This document shows, in pieces, positions 1 through 12,600 of a DNA stretch of 64,000 nt. This stretch comes from Antechinus flavipes (lineage: Eukaryota). The notes below the pieces were generated by a model that worked only from the letters and a program-made list of their open reading frames with translations, was not told the DNA's origin and made no database searches. Within the stretch, counting starts at the first letter, position 1. Every line of letters starts with the position of its first letter. Made by a program: the position numbers and the translations under genes. The stretch is from contig NC_067398.1 of assembly GCF_016432865.1 (NCBI RefSeq), positions 652,736,001 through 652,800,000 of the forward strand, given 5' to 3'.

Positions 1-633
1 AGTAGGAACTTAATGTTTGTTTTCTTCTTTTGTTCCTGACAAACTGGCCTTGTTAGTGCTCTGTGCACGTGATGGTCCATATTTTGCTTCTGCATAGACC
101 AGATACTCTCTTCTCATCCACCAACCCCCCCCCCAATATCTTAGAAACTGTGTCAAGTTTCAGTAAAAAGACAATGTCCTTTAAAGTGGGAGAGATGAGC
201 ATGTTAGTGAGATTACAGTTGGGAGCAAATAGGGAGAGATTGGGGACAAGTGGGTTTCATCATCCCAACAAGAAAATCTCCATCCTCTGCCTCAAGGACT
301 TTTCTAGTATAGACTTCAGAACTATATTAATTTAAGACATCTAAGGAGGCAATACAATAGTATCGTGGGAAAAGTCTTGGTTCTAGAGTCAGAAAATCTA
401 GATTTGAGTCCTGAAACTTGCTAAGTATAAAATATTTATTAGCAAGTTACTTCTTTTCTCAAGCCTCAGTATGCTCTTCTGCAAAATAGGGATAACTGCT
501 CCTGTCACTATCATCATAAAGATCAATGGCATTATTTAGACCTCAACAATCCCATAGCTGGAAGTTTCCTTGAGCAAACAAAGGCAGTGGGGCTCAGGCT
601 TGGGGGGAGGCTGCCCCTGGGTTTTACACTCAC

Positions 634-3600
634 CAGTTTGCAGTTCACCTCCATCCTTCTCAGCAAGAAAGGAAGGAAAATCTGGACAAGCCATTCTTGA
701 ACAAAACGCTTCTGAGCAAATCTGCAGTCAGACTCAAATTTCTATAAGAACAATTGGGCAACAAGCCTTTGTTAATTATTCAACTGAGAAACAAACATAT
801 ACCATGTGCCAGATACTGGGGATCCTGAAGGCAAAAGGGGAATAATTCCTGAACCCCAAGGAACTGTTGGCCTGTTTAGTCATGTCTGATTCTTCATGAC
901 CCCATTTGAGGTTTTCTTGGCAAGTATTTGTCATGGCCTTTTCCAGCTCATTTTATAGATGAGGAAACTGAGACAAAAAGGGTTAAGTGACTTGGCTAGG
1001 GTCACATAGTGACCATATTTGAACATAAATCTTTCTGCCTGTAGGAAGCACTTTAGCCACTGTACCATCTCAGTCTAGCTAGAGGAAACAAATAGAAAAT
1101 CCTATTTGTTGTTCAAAGTCCTCCATGATCTTACTCCTCACCCCGACCCTTCTGGTCTTCTTCCTTCCACATGCTCTTTGATCCAGTGACATTGGCCCCC
1201 ATGCTGTCCCCAGAACACTATCTCTTGGCTCGAGGCCTTTTCTCTGGCTGCCCCACAGTGTGTGTCTAGGGCTATAATTCAAAAGAGATATAAGGTGATT
1301 TAGGAGGGAAGGCATTAACACTGAAAATATCCAGAAAAACCTCATGTAGAAGGTGGCCCGTGGAACCCAGCCTTGATAAGAAGCAGAGATTTTAAGAGGT
1401 GGAGGTTCTAGGTGTGGGGGACAGCCAGACGAGCCTGTGGCAGGGTGGTCACAGCAAGAACAAGGGTGACGGGGGAGAGAGTGTCTCACTTTTAACACAC
1501 GCCCCTTGACCTTCTCCAGCAAGCAGAGGACGTGTCTTCGGCGAGTGGCTGAGAACACATGTTGGGCTGAAAGCTGTTGGAAGGTGTACACGGCATTCTC
1601 CATCAGCTAAGAATGGAAATATTAGAAAAGATGTGTGGATTCCCAACCTCTGGCTGCTTTTTCCTATCCCCCTCATGGGGGAAGAAAATCACTAGGACGT
1701 GTTCCATGCTTCCTTCTCACTCCTCCACCCCCCCGCCCCCCTCCCCGCCCCGGACAGGCCCAGAGCTTCACACTCACTTTCCTTGCTGACCCTTCATGGT
1801 ACCTGTTGCATGAGATCCTGAGCACTAAAGACAAGGTTTTTAGTGCCATGGAAACCAAATCTCTCCTTCAAACCCTGAAGATTGCCCCAATAGAGCTCTG
1901 CTTTCTGGTAGCATGGCTGCATCAGTTCTAAGTCCCAGGACAAATCTCCCAATGAGCCAACCTGTAAAAGTGTAGCACATGGGGAAGAAGTCATGACCCT
2001 TCCTGCTGGACCCCATCTAGTGCAGTCATTCAAAAAGAGATAATGGGGAGGGGTCCCTCACCCTTTGGGAGAGCCATTCCCTAGATTGGGAAGAGCTGCT
2101 TTTAGAGTTCAGAGACAGGATAGAAATCTAAATGCTACAAGGACACTGGCCTTGGAGGGACAGGAAGGAAGGAAGAAAAAAAGAAAGAAAAAGAAAAGCT
2201 GGGAACAAGGGNNNNNNNNNNNNNNNNNNNNNNNNNNNNNNNNNNNNNNNNNNNNNNNNNNNNNNNNNNNNNNNNNNNNNNNNNNNNNNNNNNNNNNNNN
2301 NNNNNNNNNNNNNNNNNNNNNNNNNNNNNNNNNNNNNNNNNNNNNNNNNNNNNNNNNNNNNNNNNNNNNNNNNNNNNNNNNNNNNNNNNNNNNNNNNNNN
2401 NNNNGAATTCATATTTCAATGGAGTTCAGAGCTGCTATGTACAAAGAAAATACAGATATCGCCTGCTGTCTTGGGGAGGGGGGAGAAAATTTTAGAATCG
2501 AAAATTTTACAAAAATGAAGATTGAAAACTATCTTTACATGTAATTGGGGAAAAATAGAATACTATTAAGGGGGGAAGAGAAAAAAAGCAATAACAAAGG
2601 AGACATGGATATGACAAATTGGAGTTAATCAACAAAAGGATTGGGAAAGGCCTTTTTATTCAAGGTGTAATTTTAGCTGGGATTTAAAGAAAGCCAACTA
2701 AGTGGCCCTGGCAGAGTCAGGAAGATTCACCTTGAGTTCAAATCTAGCCCCAGACACTTACTAGCTGTGAGACCCTGGGCAAGTCACTTAATCCTGTTTG
2801 CCTTAGTTTCCTCATCTGTAAAAATAAGCTGGAGTAGGAAATGGCAGACCACTTCAGTATATCTGCCCCCAAAACCCCAAAAAGGTCACAGGAGTAAGAT
2901 GGTTCTGAAAGGACTCAACAATAGCATATGCTAGGCATTGTGCTGAGCACTAAGGGTACAAAAGATTTTTGTACAAAGATAGTCCCTGCCCTCAGAAAGC
3001 TCACATTCTAATGCCAGAGCAGAAAGTGACAGTGCTGGAATTTCAAAGTATTCTGCCCACTTCAGAACATATTTGGAAGGGTCTGTCTAGTCCTAGATGC
3101 CCCACATCGCTCGAGTTCATCCCAGAGCTGCTACCATTGGTTGAAAGAACTAGGGGTTTTTAGCCTGGAGAAGATAAAACTGGGGTGAGGGGTGTCTGTG
3201 AAATTTTTCTCCAGGAATATGAGAGGCTATCAAGTGGAAGATTAGACTTGTTCCCTGTGGCTTCAGGCTGAATGGAAGTTATAAAGGACCTTAAGGTCAA
3301 AGACAAACTTTTTAACAATTAGAGCTGTCCAAAAGTGACCTAGGTGGCCTTTAGAAGTATTTATTTCCTAATTATTGGAGGTCTTCAATGCAGACTGAAG
3401 GTCAAGGGACCACAGGAGATTCTTGTTTAAGCAACAAATGCCCTTTGAGCTCCCTTCCAGCCTGAGTGATTCTTCACATCGTGGCCCTGAGAGGAAGGAG
3501 ATTTCCACATGTTTCTTATTATAACTCACTTCCCCTCTGTGCCAAGGAAGTGCCCCAAACAGCCTTCATGGTCAGCACTCTTTCTGCTATCTTATTTAGC

Positions 3601-6600
3601 TCTAGGAAATGTGAGCTCCCCCAGGAGGAGCACAAGATGTGTGATGGCAACCTACAGAACAGCTGAAGGAAGTGTGGATCAAGCCAAGGATACACTAAGT
3701 GAGAAGCAGAGAGTAACAAGAACCTTGCCTGACCACTCTTGCCCGACTCAGTCACAGTAATCAGAGACTGTGCCCTAAGCCTCTATAACTCCCTAGGCAT
3801 CCAGTTGGACAGTGTCCAGTCTAAAGATATCTATCAGACACCTTCCCACTGCAATGAGGCTTCCTGGAAAGGGAGCTTTCGGGATGAAGGGGAGGGACAA
3901 GCAATTATTAAGCACTTTCTATGTGCCTAAGTCTTTTTTTTTTTTTAAATAGCTAAACCGCAATCCTGTGAGGTAGCTGCTATTATTATCTCCATTTTAC
4001 AATTGAAGAAACTAAGGCTGATAGAAATTATGTAGCTACTTAGCTCTGAGACCAGATTTGAATTTGGGCCTTCCTCACTTCAGGACTAGCACTGATATTC
4101 ATAAAGTTAAATTGATAGATAAAAACTAAATGATATGAACAGGCCATTCTCAAAGCAAGAAATCCAAATTATCTATAATCAAATGAAATCAAATGCTTCA
4201 AATCACAAATAATTAGAAAAACATGAATTTAAAACAAAAATTATGCCTCATATCTATCAAACTGGCAAAATTGTCAGAAAAGAAAAAATAAAAATATTAG
4301 AGGAACAATAGTATAGTAAAGACATGCAACTTTGAAAGAATTAGGAACTTTCATTAACCCAACGACCAAGCCCGTTGGACTCATGATGAAACATGCTACC
4401 ACTTCCTGACAGAGAGGTCAGATTGAGATATATGTTGGGAGGGCACAGACAATTTGTTTTGTTTGACTATGTATATTCATAATAAAGGTTTTGTTTTTCT
4501 CTCAGTAGGAGGGAGGAAATAGGTTTTTGTTAATTGAAAAATAAAATTTAATTTAGAAAATAAATAATTAAAATTAAAGACAACAAAAAAGAGGAAACAT
4601 AGAAAAATATTTATAACAATTTTTTATGGTAGCAAAGAAATGGAATAAATTGGTGTCCATCAATTGGGGAATAATTGAACAAATGACAATATATGAGTGT
4701 AATAAAACAGTACTGTGCTGTGAGAAATGAACAGTCAAAGAACCGGAAAAGATTTATATGAACAATGCAGAGTGAACCAGGAGAACAAATTCAACTATAA
4801 CAAAACTGGAAAAATAATAATTTTGAAAGACTTAAAAACTCTAGTCAATCCGATGATTCACCCTAATTCCTGATGAAGAATTCTATCTGCTTTTTGACAG
4901 AGCGGTATTGAACTGAGAATAAGATTGTATAGCTTGAGAAACATATTTTTGGAGATAGCAAATATGGAAATTTTTTCCTGATTATAAGTATTTGTTACAA
5001 GAGTTTTGTTTTCAATTTTTAAGAGGGAGAAATAATAAATGTTTTCATAATTTAAAAAAAATTTTAATTAAAAAAGGGAAGAATTTAATATTTTTAAAAA
5101 GGGAATTAAATAAAAAAGGATATAAGCTGGGGATCACATGGGAAAGTCTCACCTCCTCTTTCAGCACAGCAACAACTCGACTTCTCTGAACATTTCTGAT
5201 CAGACTGTCCATTCGATGGACAAGGAAGGTGCCAATCATATCAATCCCTTGGTGAACAGGTTTCAGAAGCTCCTCCATCACCCAGGCCAGCTGAGGCTCT
5301 ACTTCCCGGCTGAGGGAGGACTCAACAGGGCCACATACCATTGCTGAGAAAGAACAGAGTGTTTCATGAGGCCCTATGCCTGGCAGAAAGCCTGGGCTGA
5401 AGCATGAAGGAGGAGGTATCTGGGATCTGGGGGGAGACACAGGGGTCACAGGTCTGTTTCCCTGACTCATCAAGAAAGTCCTGGCTCAGTCACTGGAAAG
5501 TGAGCAAACAAAGGGGAGGGAAGTGGGAGGCAGGGATTGGGGTGGAAAGGTGGCAGAGACACTTGGGAGTTGAATCTTGCCCATCTGCCAGCCTGCTCCA
5601 GGCCAAAGCAACGTCTTCCTCCTCCAACCAATTCTCACTTTGAAGTTTTTGAGCAATCTGGTTGCTTAATGCAAGCATCTGATCGGCATCGGGACGAATT
5701 TTCTTCTCCAACTCTTTCTGGAGTTCTTCCTTTTCTTGATGGAAATTTTGGAGTTCAGAGGAGACCAGCTTTAATACTAGAATATAAATTTCATCTAAGA
5801 ACTGTTCAAACAGCAGCAGCCAGACAGAGATAGATAGAAAGGGAGAAGGAAAGAGTGAGGGAAAGNNNNNNNNNNNNNNNNNNNNNNNNNNNNNNNNNNN
5901 NNNNNNNNNNNNNNNNNNNNNNNNNNNNNNNNNNNNNNNNNNNNNNNNNNNNNNNNNNNNNNNNNNNNNNNNNNNNNNNNNNNNNNNNNNNNNNNNNNNN
6001 NNNNNNNNNNNNNNNNNNNNNNNNNNNNNNNNNNNNNNNNNNNNNNNNNNNNNNNNNNNNNNNNNNNNNNNNNNNNNNNNNNNNNNNNNNNNNNNNNNNN
6101 NNNNNNNNNNNNNNNNNNNNNNNNNNNNNNNNNNNNNNNNNNNNNNNNNNNNNNNNNNNNCACAGCAGTTTTCTAAACGTTTTTTCCTTAGGCCCAAAGC
6201 TCCCAAGTGCTGACTTAGCAAACACAGTGCCAGCACATCGCAAGTATGTTGGTTGTATTTCTTTTTGTTTGCTTTTTTTTTGGTCTGGAAAGGGAAGAGG
6301 AGGGGTTATAGCATCCATTTAGTCCCACAATCCTGAGTGCTGACACCCTGAAGGCACCGAGCGCCTGCCCCACCAGAGAAGCTCTGAGAGCTGTGGGGTT
6401 TCTGCGTATGGTCTCCCACAAACCACCGACAGGATCACCGTACATTAGAATTGTTAACCTTTCTTGTGCCATGGTTCCTCTTTGGGGGTGAAGTCTATGG
6501 ATCCCTTCTTAGAATGACGATTTTAATTAATTAAAGGAAATGCTCAATTTTGGTTAGAGTTTAGTGAAAATGAAGGTGTAATTTTTTTCTCGTTCAAGTT

Positions 6601-9600
6601 CATGAATCCACGGTTCCCAGAAAGTTAATCCATGGTTAAGACCTTAAGGGTGGAGAAGCCCTGTTCTACTCTTTGGCCACCAACCCGGAGACACTGGACT
6701 TGAGCAAGAGGCAAAAACCTGTGTGGCTCCAGCAATGACAATTCTGTGCATAGGAGGAAGCAGAGTGGAGGAGTTACCTTCCTCCAGGCCCATTTCCTCC
6801 GACTTCCCACACCCCGGAGCATGGCTGGCTTCTGGGCCCGAAGCTTCGGCAACAGATCCCGCATCAGCAGATTGGTGAGAACCTAAGGCCAAAGGAAGGC
6901 AGGGGTAACCGCTCTACGGCTGGAGAAGCCTGGCTCCCCCCAGCAGTCCCTCCCTGGGCCACAGCCCCTACAAGCAGAACCCCCCCGCCATTTATCTCAC
7001 AAACCTCTGCATCTGTGCCCAAAAGGAGGCTGTCGACTCCATAAATGCCTTTCTCCTGCCTGTAAGACTTCACTGCCTCCAGAAAGGCCTCCGAGTCGGG
7101 GGAGTCTCTTCTCTGTAAAACTGAAGCCCATTTTATCCTCATTCTTCCACGCTTTGGTCTGCACGTGGCAGTCAGCTCAAGGGGGTTGCTATTGGCCCTG
7201 AAATCCTACCAAGGACATCTTCCTGATCCTCCTGGCCAGCAACCTCCTTTGATCTCAAAGAGCCTTGTGTCCCCCCCCCCCCCACATCATCAGCATTAAT
7301 TTTCTGTTTGTGTCCTATCTTCCTGGACTATGAGCTCCATGAGGTCTGGCCACTACAGCTTGCAAAGGCATTGATAAAAGGAAGCAAAGAAGATGACCAA
7401 GGGCTGGAGTCTGACACAGGAAGATTGACTGAGGGACCTGGGAATGTTTAACCTGGAGAAGAGAAGACTGGGGGCGAGTTTGGGGTATTTGAGTATTTGA
7501 AGGGCTGCTCTGTGGATCATTAGACTTGTTCTGTTTGACCCCAGAGGTGGAAGTTGTAAAAAGATAATTTAGGCCGGATGTCAAGAAAAACTTTCTAACC
7601 ACAAGAGCTGTGCTGAAAATAGAATGTGTTACCTCAAGTGGTACATAATACAGTCTAGAATTTTCCAAGCAAGTAAAGTTCAATTGTTTAAAGATATTAC
7701 CTTTTCCCCCACCCCCAATAATTTTTAAAAATTTAAGACATTTGGTCAGAATCCAAGCCCTCCCTCATTTTACAGACGGGGAAACTGAGGCTAAGTGACT
7801 AGTCCATCATGGATAGTAAATAACACAGCTGGGGAAGCAAGGAGTCTAGATCACAGGTTTTGAATTGGAGAGGACCTCAGTGGCTCTTCCACTTGACCCA
7901 TTCTCAAAGGAATCCCCACCTCTGATTGGAGATCTCCAAAGAGGGACTGGCTGATCACTTGTTAGGCATACGAGAGTGGGATTCCCAGATCTGTCATTAT
8001 CTGTGTGACTTTGACTATGTCACTTATCCTGTCTTTGTCTCAGTTTCCTCATCTGTAAAATGGGGGGGATACTAGATGGTTTCTGAAGACCCTTTTAGTC
8101 ATTCAGTCCATGATTCTGTGATTTCTCTGACCTTAGATGAAGTAGGTGCTGAATACCATGTCATCTGTTGTTGAATGCACTCCATAGTGACAGAGCACTT
8201 TCCTGAGAGACTGTCCCATCTATCAGGTGTATGTGAAAGGAAAGAATTCAAGGACTTGTCCAGACTTTGTCTGTGACAGCAGGGACCTACTCACGGGACA
8301 CAGACATAATTCTGACTGAGCCCCTCAGAGAATTCATCTCACTTGGGCTGGGCCCAGACTTACCTGTGCCCCGGCGCCGAATCCCATCTCTCAGGACAGA
8401 CTTCCAGCTGTCCTGGGATTCTACCGTGTCTGTGCACAAGCAAAGGGGCTGTCGGAAAGGGTGACAGAGATAGATGGGAAATCCCAAAGGGGGCTCGATG
8501 ATTGGATCTGGATCTTGAATGAGATGGTTCCCTGGAAAAGAGAAAGATTTTACCTTTGTCTTAAAGTCAAGAAAAAAGCTTGTCTTCAATTTCTTGAAGG
8601 ATATTCTTGATTTGTCGGAGACAAATCAAGAATATCCTTATCTACAAAGGATGGGGAATTGAGGGCCATTTTGCTCGAAAAATTGGCCTTTTATCTCTCT
8701 CCTTATGACAAGGGATCTCTAAGCCTCAGAATGCTCTTCTCTTGAGGCTGCTGAGGGAATCTAGAACCAAGGAAAGGGATTTGGAAACCTTAGGGGCACC
8801 ATATGAATGTGAGCAGTAGTGATTATTCTCTAGTAGGAAAGTCTTACCTGTTGAACTATGATAGAGACATTCCTTCCATGAGGTCACTAGTTTGTAACCA
8901 GTCAAAGCAACAAACCCCTGTGGCTCGTCGCCACATTTCTGTTCCTAGAAAAATACCCAAAGGATCTATTCAGAAATTTTCTCCACTACAAGTTATTCTC
9001 ACCCAAATTTAGGAAGATTAGCAGCTAATGAAGCAAGAACTCCCCAAAATATCCACTCATGAAACACTTTCAATGAAGCATCACAGAGGCATGGTGCTTT
9101 AGCACGGAGCTTGGAATCAGAAGACCCAATTCTAGTCGCAGACCTGAACGAAGGATTATAATTTTCTGTGTCATCTTCAGCAAATCACTCCCCAATCTCT
9201 AGATCTCAGTTTTCTCGTCTGTAAAATGAAGGGGTTGAATTAATTGGTCTAAACCCTGCCAGCTCCAACATTTTTTGCTACTGGACCCAGATAGCTCTGG
9301 AGGAAAGAGTAAAGGTAGTAACTTTGCACAGCCCTCCCTCACTTAAATCCATTGATTTGTAATAAATCACCTTCAAGAATGAAGGACAAATCACAATAAC
9401 AATAACAATTTCCCACTCATGTACACTACATTCCAGCCCTTTATTTTCCAGCCTTAGGGTACACATACCCTAAAGTGTCCCACCTCTGGATTTTTCCTCC
9501 TAGAACACCTTTGTAAATTCCTATCAATCTTTTAAAACTCAAATGCCACCTCCTGGAGGAAATTTTTATAAATTCTTCCCAGTTGGAAACGATTTCAGTC

Positions 9601-12600
9601 TTTATACGGTACTCTGGCATCAAGAACTCAATGTTAGTTTATACATCTTTCCAATGCTTTCATCATTTATTTTTAAAATAATTACACTCTGGCTAGACTC
9701 TAACCATCATGAAGGCAGAGAGCATCTTCTATTGAAGCTTCTCATCGCCTCCATTCCTCCAGATCCCAAGATCATAGAGTTAGAGCTAAATGGGGCCTGA
9801 AAGGTCCTACTCATTCATTTTACAGATAAGGAAACTGAGATGCAGGGATGGGAGAATGGCTTGAGCAAGGCTACTCAACAAATTAGTTATTGGTCCAAGA
9901 CTTGAACTTGAATCTAGGACTAAAACTAAAGATGGTAGATGTCCTGCCCAAAATCACACAGATGGAAAATGGGAGACTCAAGATTTCAACTCAGGTCCTC
10001 TACCTCAAATCCACTCTTAAAGGATTAATTAAATATTTGCCAATTTTAAATACAAGATTTGGTGTTCTGTTAACCTAAAGTTTCTATGGAGATAAGGTGA
10101 CTTGGAAATGGGGAGTGGAAGGGGATGTATGGGCAAGCCAGCTTATGTCTAGTGAAAAATGGCAGTTACAAAGATGGTGGGAGAAGCAAACTTCTTATCT
10201 GGCTGAGCCCCTCTGAGGGGCTCAGTCAGAATTATGTCTGTGTCGCATGAGTAGGTCCCTGCTGTCACAGACAAAGTCTGGACAAGTCCCTGAATTCTTC
10301 CACTTGATGGATGGGACAGTCTCTCAGGAAAGTCCTCAGGAAATAATTTGGAATTAATTATACTCTATGAACCTCTCTTTCCTACCCTGAAGTGCCCATA
10401 ACAATGAGGGTACTGCTGAGAGCATGTGGTACCCTCCACCTTTGATATAATGACATACTTTAAGCATCTATATCTTAATTGAGGTTAAATTTCTTATCAA
10501 TATTATTCAAACCAAGAAAAATCCATTAAGTAATTATCATGTATATGATACTCTACTAGGTGCTGGGAATAAAAAAAAGTGAAACATTACTTGCCCTCAA
10601 AGAGTTTATAGTCTATTGAATGTGCTGGTAGAGTCATACTATGTACATAAATTAAGCATAATATAAGGTAATTTGAAGAAGGAAGGTGTGCAAATTAATA
10701 GGAGAAAGGGAAGAAAAAAGAAGGCTTCATGGAGAGTGTGGTCCTTTCATTGAGTCTTGAAGGAAGACAAAGATTCTGGGAAAAAGATGAGGGGAGGCAT
10801 TATAAGCATGAGAGATGGATTTTACAAATGCAACAGTGTTCACTTCAGGGCATTCCCTAGGATTCAAGTTTGACTAGAATGGAAAATGAAAGGAGTGGAA
10901 TAAAATTAATAATATAAAATAGAATAGCATAGAATAAAATAAAATTAGGCTAGAAAAGTCTCCTCCTCCTTAAACAGTAGAGAGCTTCTGGAGGTCTTTG
11001 TATAGGGGAGTATATGGGCTCCAAATGCCATGTTGGTTTGAGTTACTGAATACGTGGCTCAATACAACTCCACAGAATGCTCAGTCAGTATGAACTGACC
11101 TTCTGCATAAGGCCATTCCCAGTCCCCTCAGCTGCTGGTACTTTCCTTTCCATGGTTACCTAGTGTTTGACATGTATATGAACTGTGTGGACTTATATAC
11201 ATACTATTACTTTTCCCATTAGAATATAAGCTCCTTTAAGACAAGGACTATTTCCTCTTATCTTCGTATGTACCTGGCTTATAGTAAACATTTAATAAAT
11301 GTTTATTAATTGATTTTTGGGGACTGCAAAATTCAAAATCCTTCAGAAATTATTTTAAATGGCAGAGAACTTCTAGAAAAACCAACATGACCTTTCAAAA
11401 TAGAAAATACAACCAATGACAAGAACTATTCAAATTTTCTCTTCTGTAAAATGAGGGGATTGATCAATGAGTTCTAACAGTTCTCCAGGTTCTGACTTTC
11501 TAAGATCCTGCGAGTGTTCATGTCTTCCTCATATTGGATAAGAGGAATCTAGGAACACAATGCCTGAGGCAAGGAGAAGGGGATATCTATACAATTAGTA
11601 CAAAAACCTAATGAGAGTCATAATTCATAGGATTAGAAGATAATTTATAGGTTTACAAAGTGCTTGTCTCACAAAACTGTATCAGGGCCCTCTAACTACG
11701 GCCCGCAGGCCAGATTTGGCAGCTGAGGCCATTTATCCCCCTCACCCAGGGCTATGAAGTTTCTTTATTTAAAGGCCCACAAAACAAAGTTTTTGTTTTT
11801 ACTATAGTCCGGCCCTCCAACAGTCTGAGGGACAGTGAACTGGCCCCCTATTTAAAAAGTTTGAGGACCCCTGAATTGTTGATGGTATAAGTGTGGTTTT
11901 CCCATTTTATTGACCAGGAAAGTGAAGCTTCCAGAGATTGACTTGCTCAGGGGGACACAATTGGCAATATCAGAGCTAAAACTCAAAGCCAGTGTGTAAA
12001 GTCAGAAATCAGAACTGGAAGGGAGATTAGAGGCCAGAAGTTTCCCAGAGAGGAGGTCCTCCTTCCTTTTCTCTCATCAAAGAGGATGGAGGATGGATAT
12101 TGGAGGGTTTCTCCCAGATTGTCCACTATTTAAAGATGTCACACAGAGAATCCTCTTCAGTATTTCCCACCCGGCTACTTTCTTGAATGCCATCATTTCT
12201 AGAAACTCATTATTCTGCAAGATAAAATCAACCTGGAAATTCCTATCTTTTTAGATCATTTTCTTCCATGACTACATGACTTCATGGCCCTCCTCCTTCT
12301 AGCTTCTTCCCCAGTTTGAATGTGAATTTTCAGAGGGCAGACAGCATCTTATGCCTTTGTTTGTGTCTCCAGCACTTGGCAAGGTCCCTGGCACATAAAA
12401 AGTACTTGATAAATTCATATTCACTCTGACTTCTACTCTGACATGGCTTCCCCAAGGTCATACCAGTAGAAGCTACCTCTAGCTCTATGTTTAGCATTCT
12501 TCCTTCTATTATTTCTGTAAAAAACTGCAAAAGGTCTAGAAAGAAATGTTCAACTTGACCTAAGCATTGGGATTAGGACATTGGAAGTGGCAGATTTGAA

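Noticed and set aside
1-633. NIBAN3 exon 13
   Set aside because: No frame resembling the expected ELPEFEG...IYEDV segment found; the exon presumably lies left of the window.
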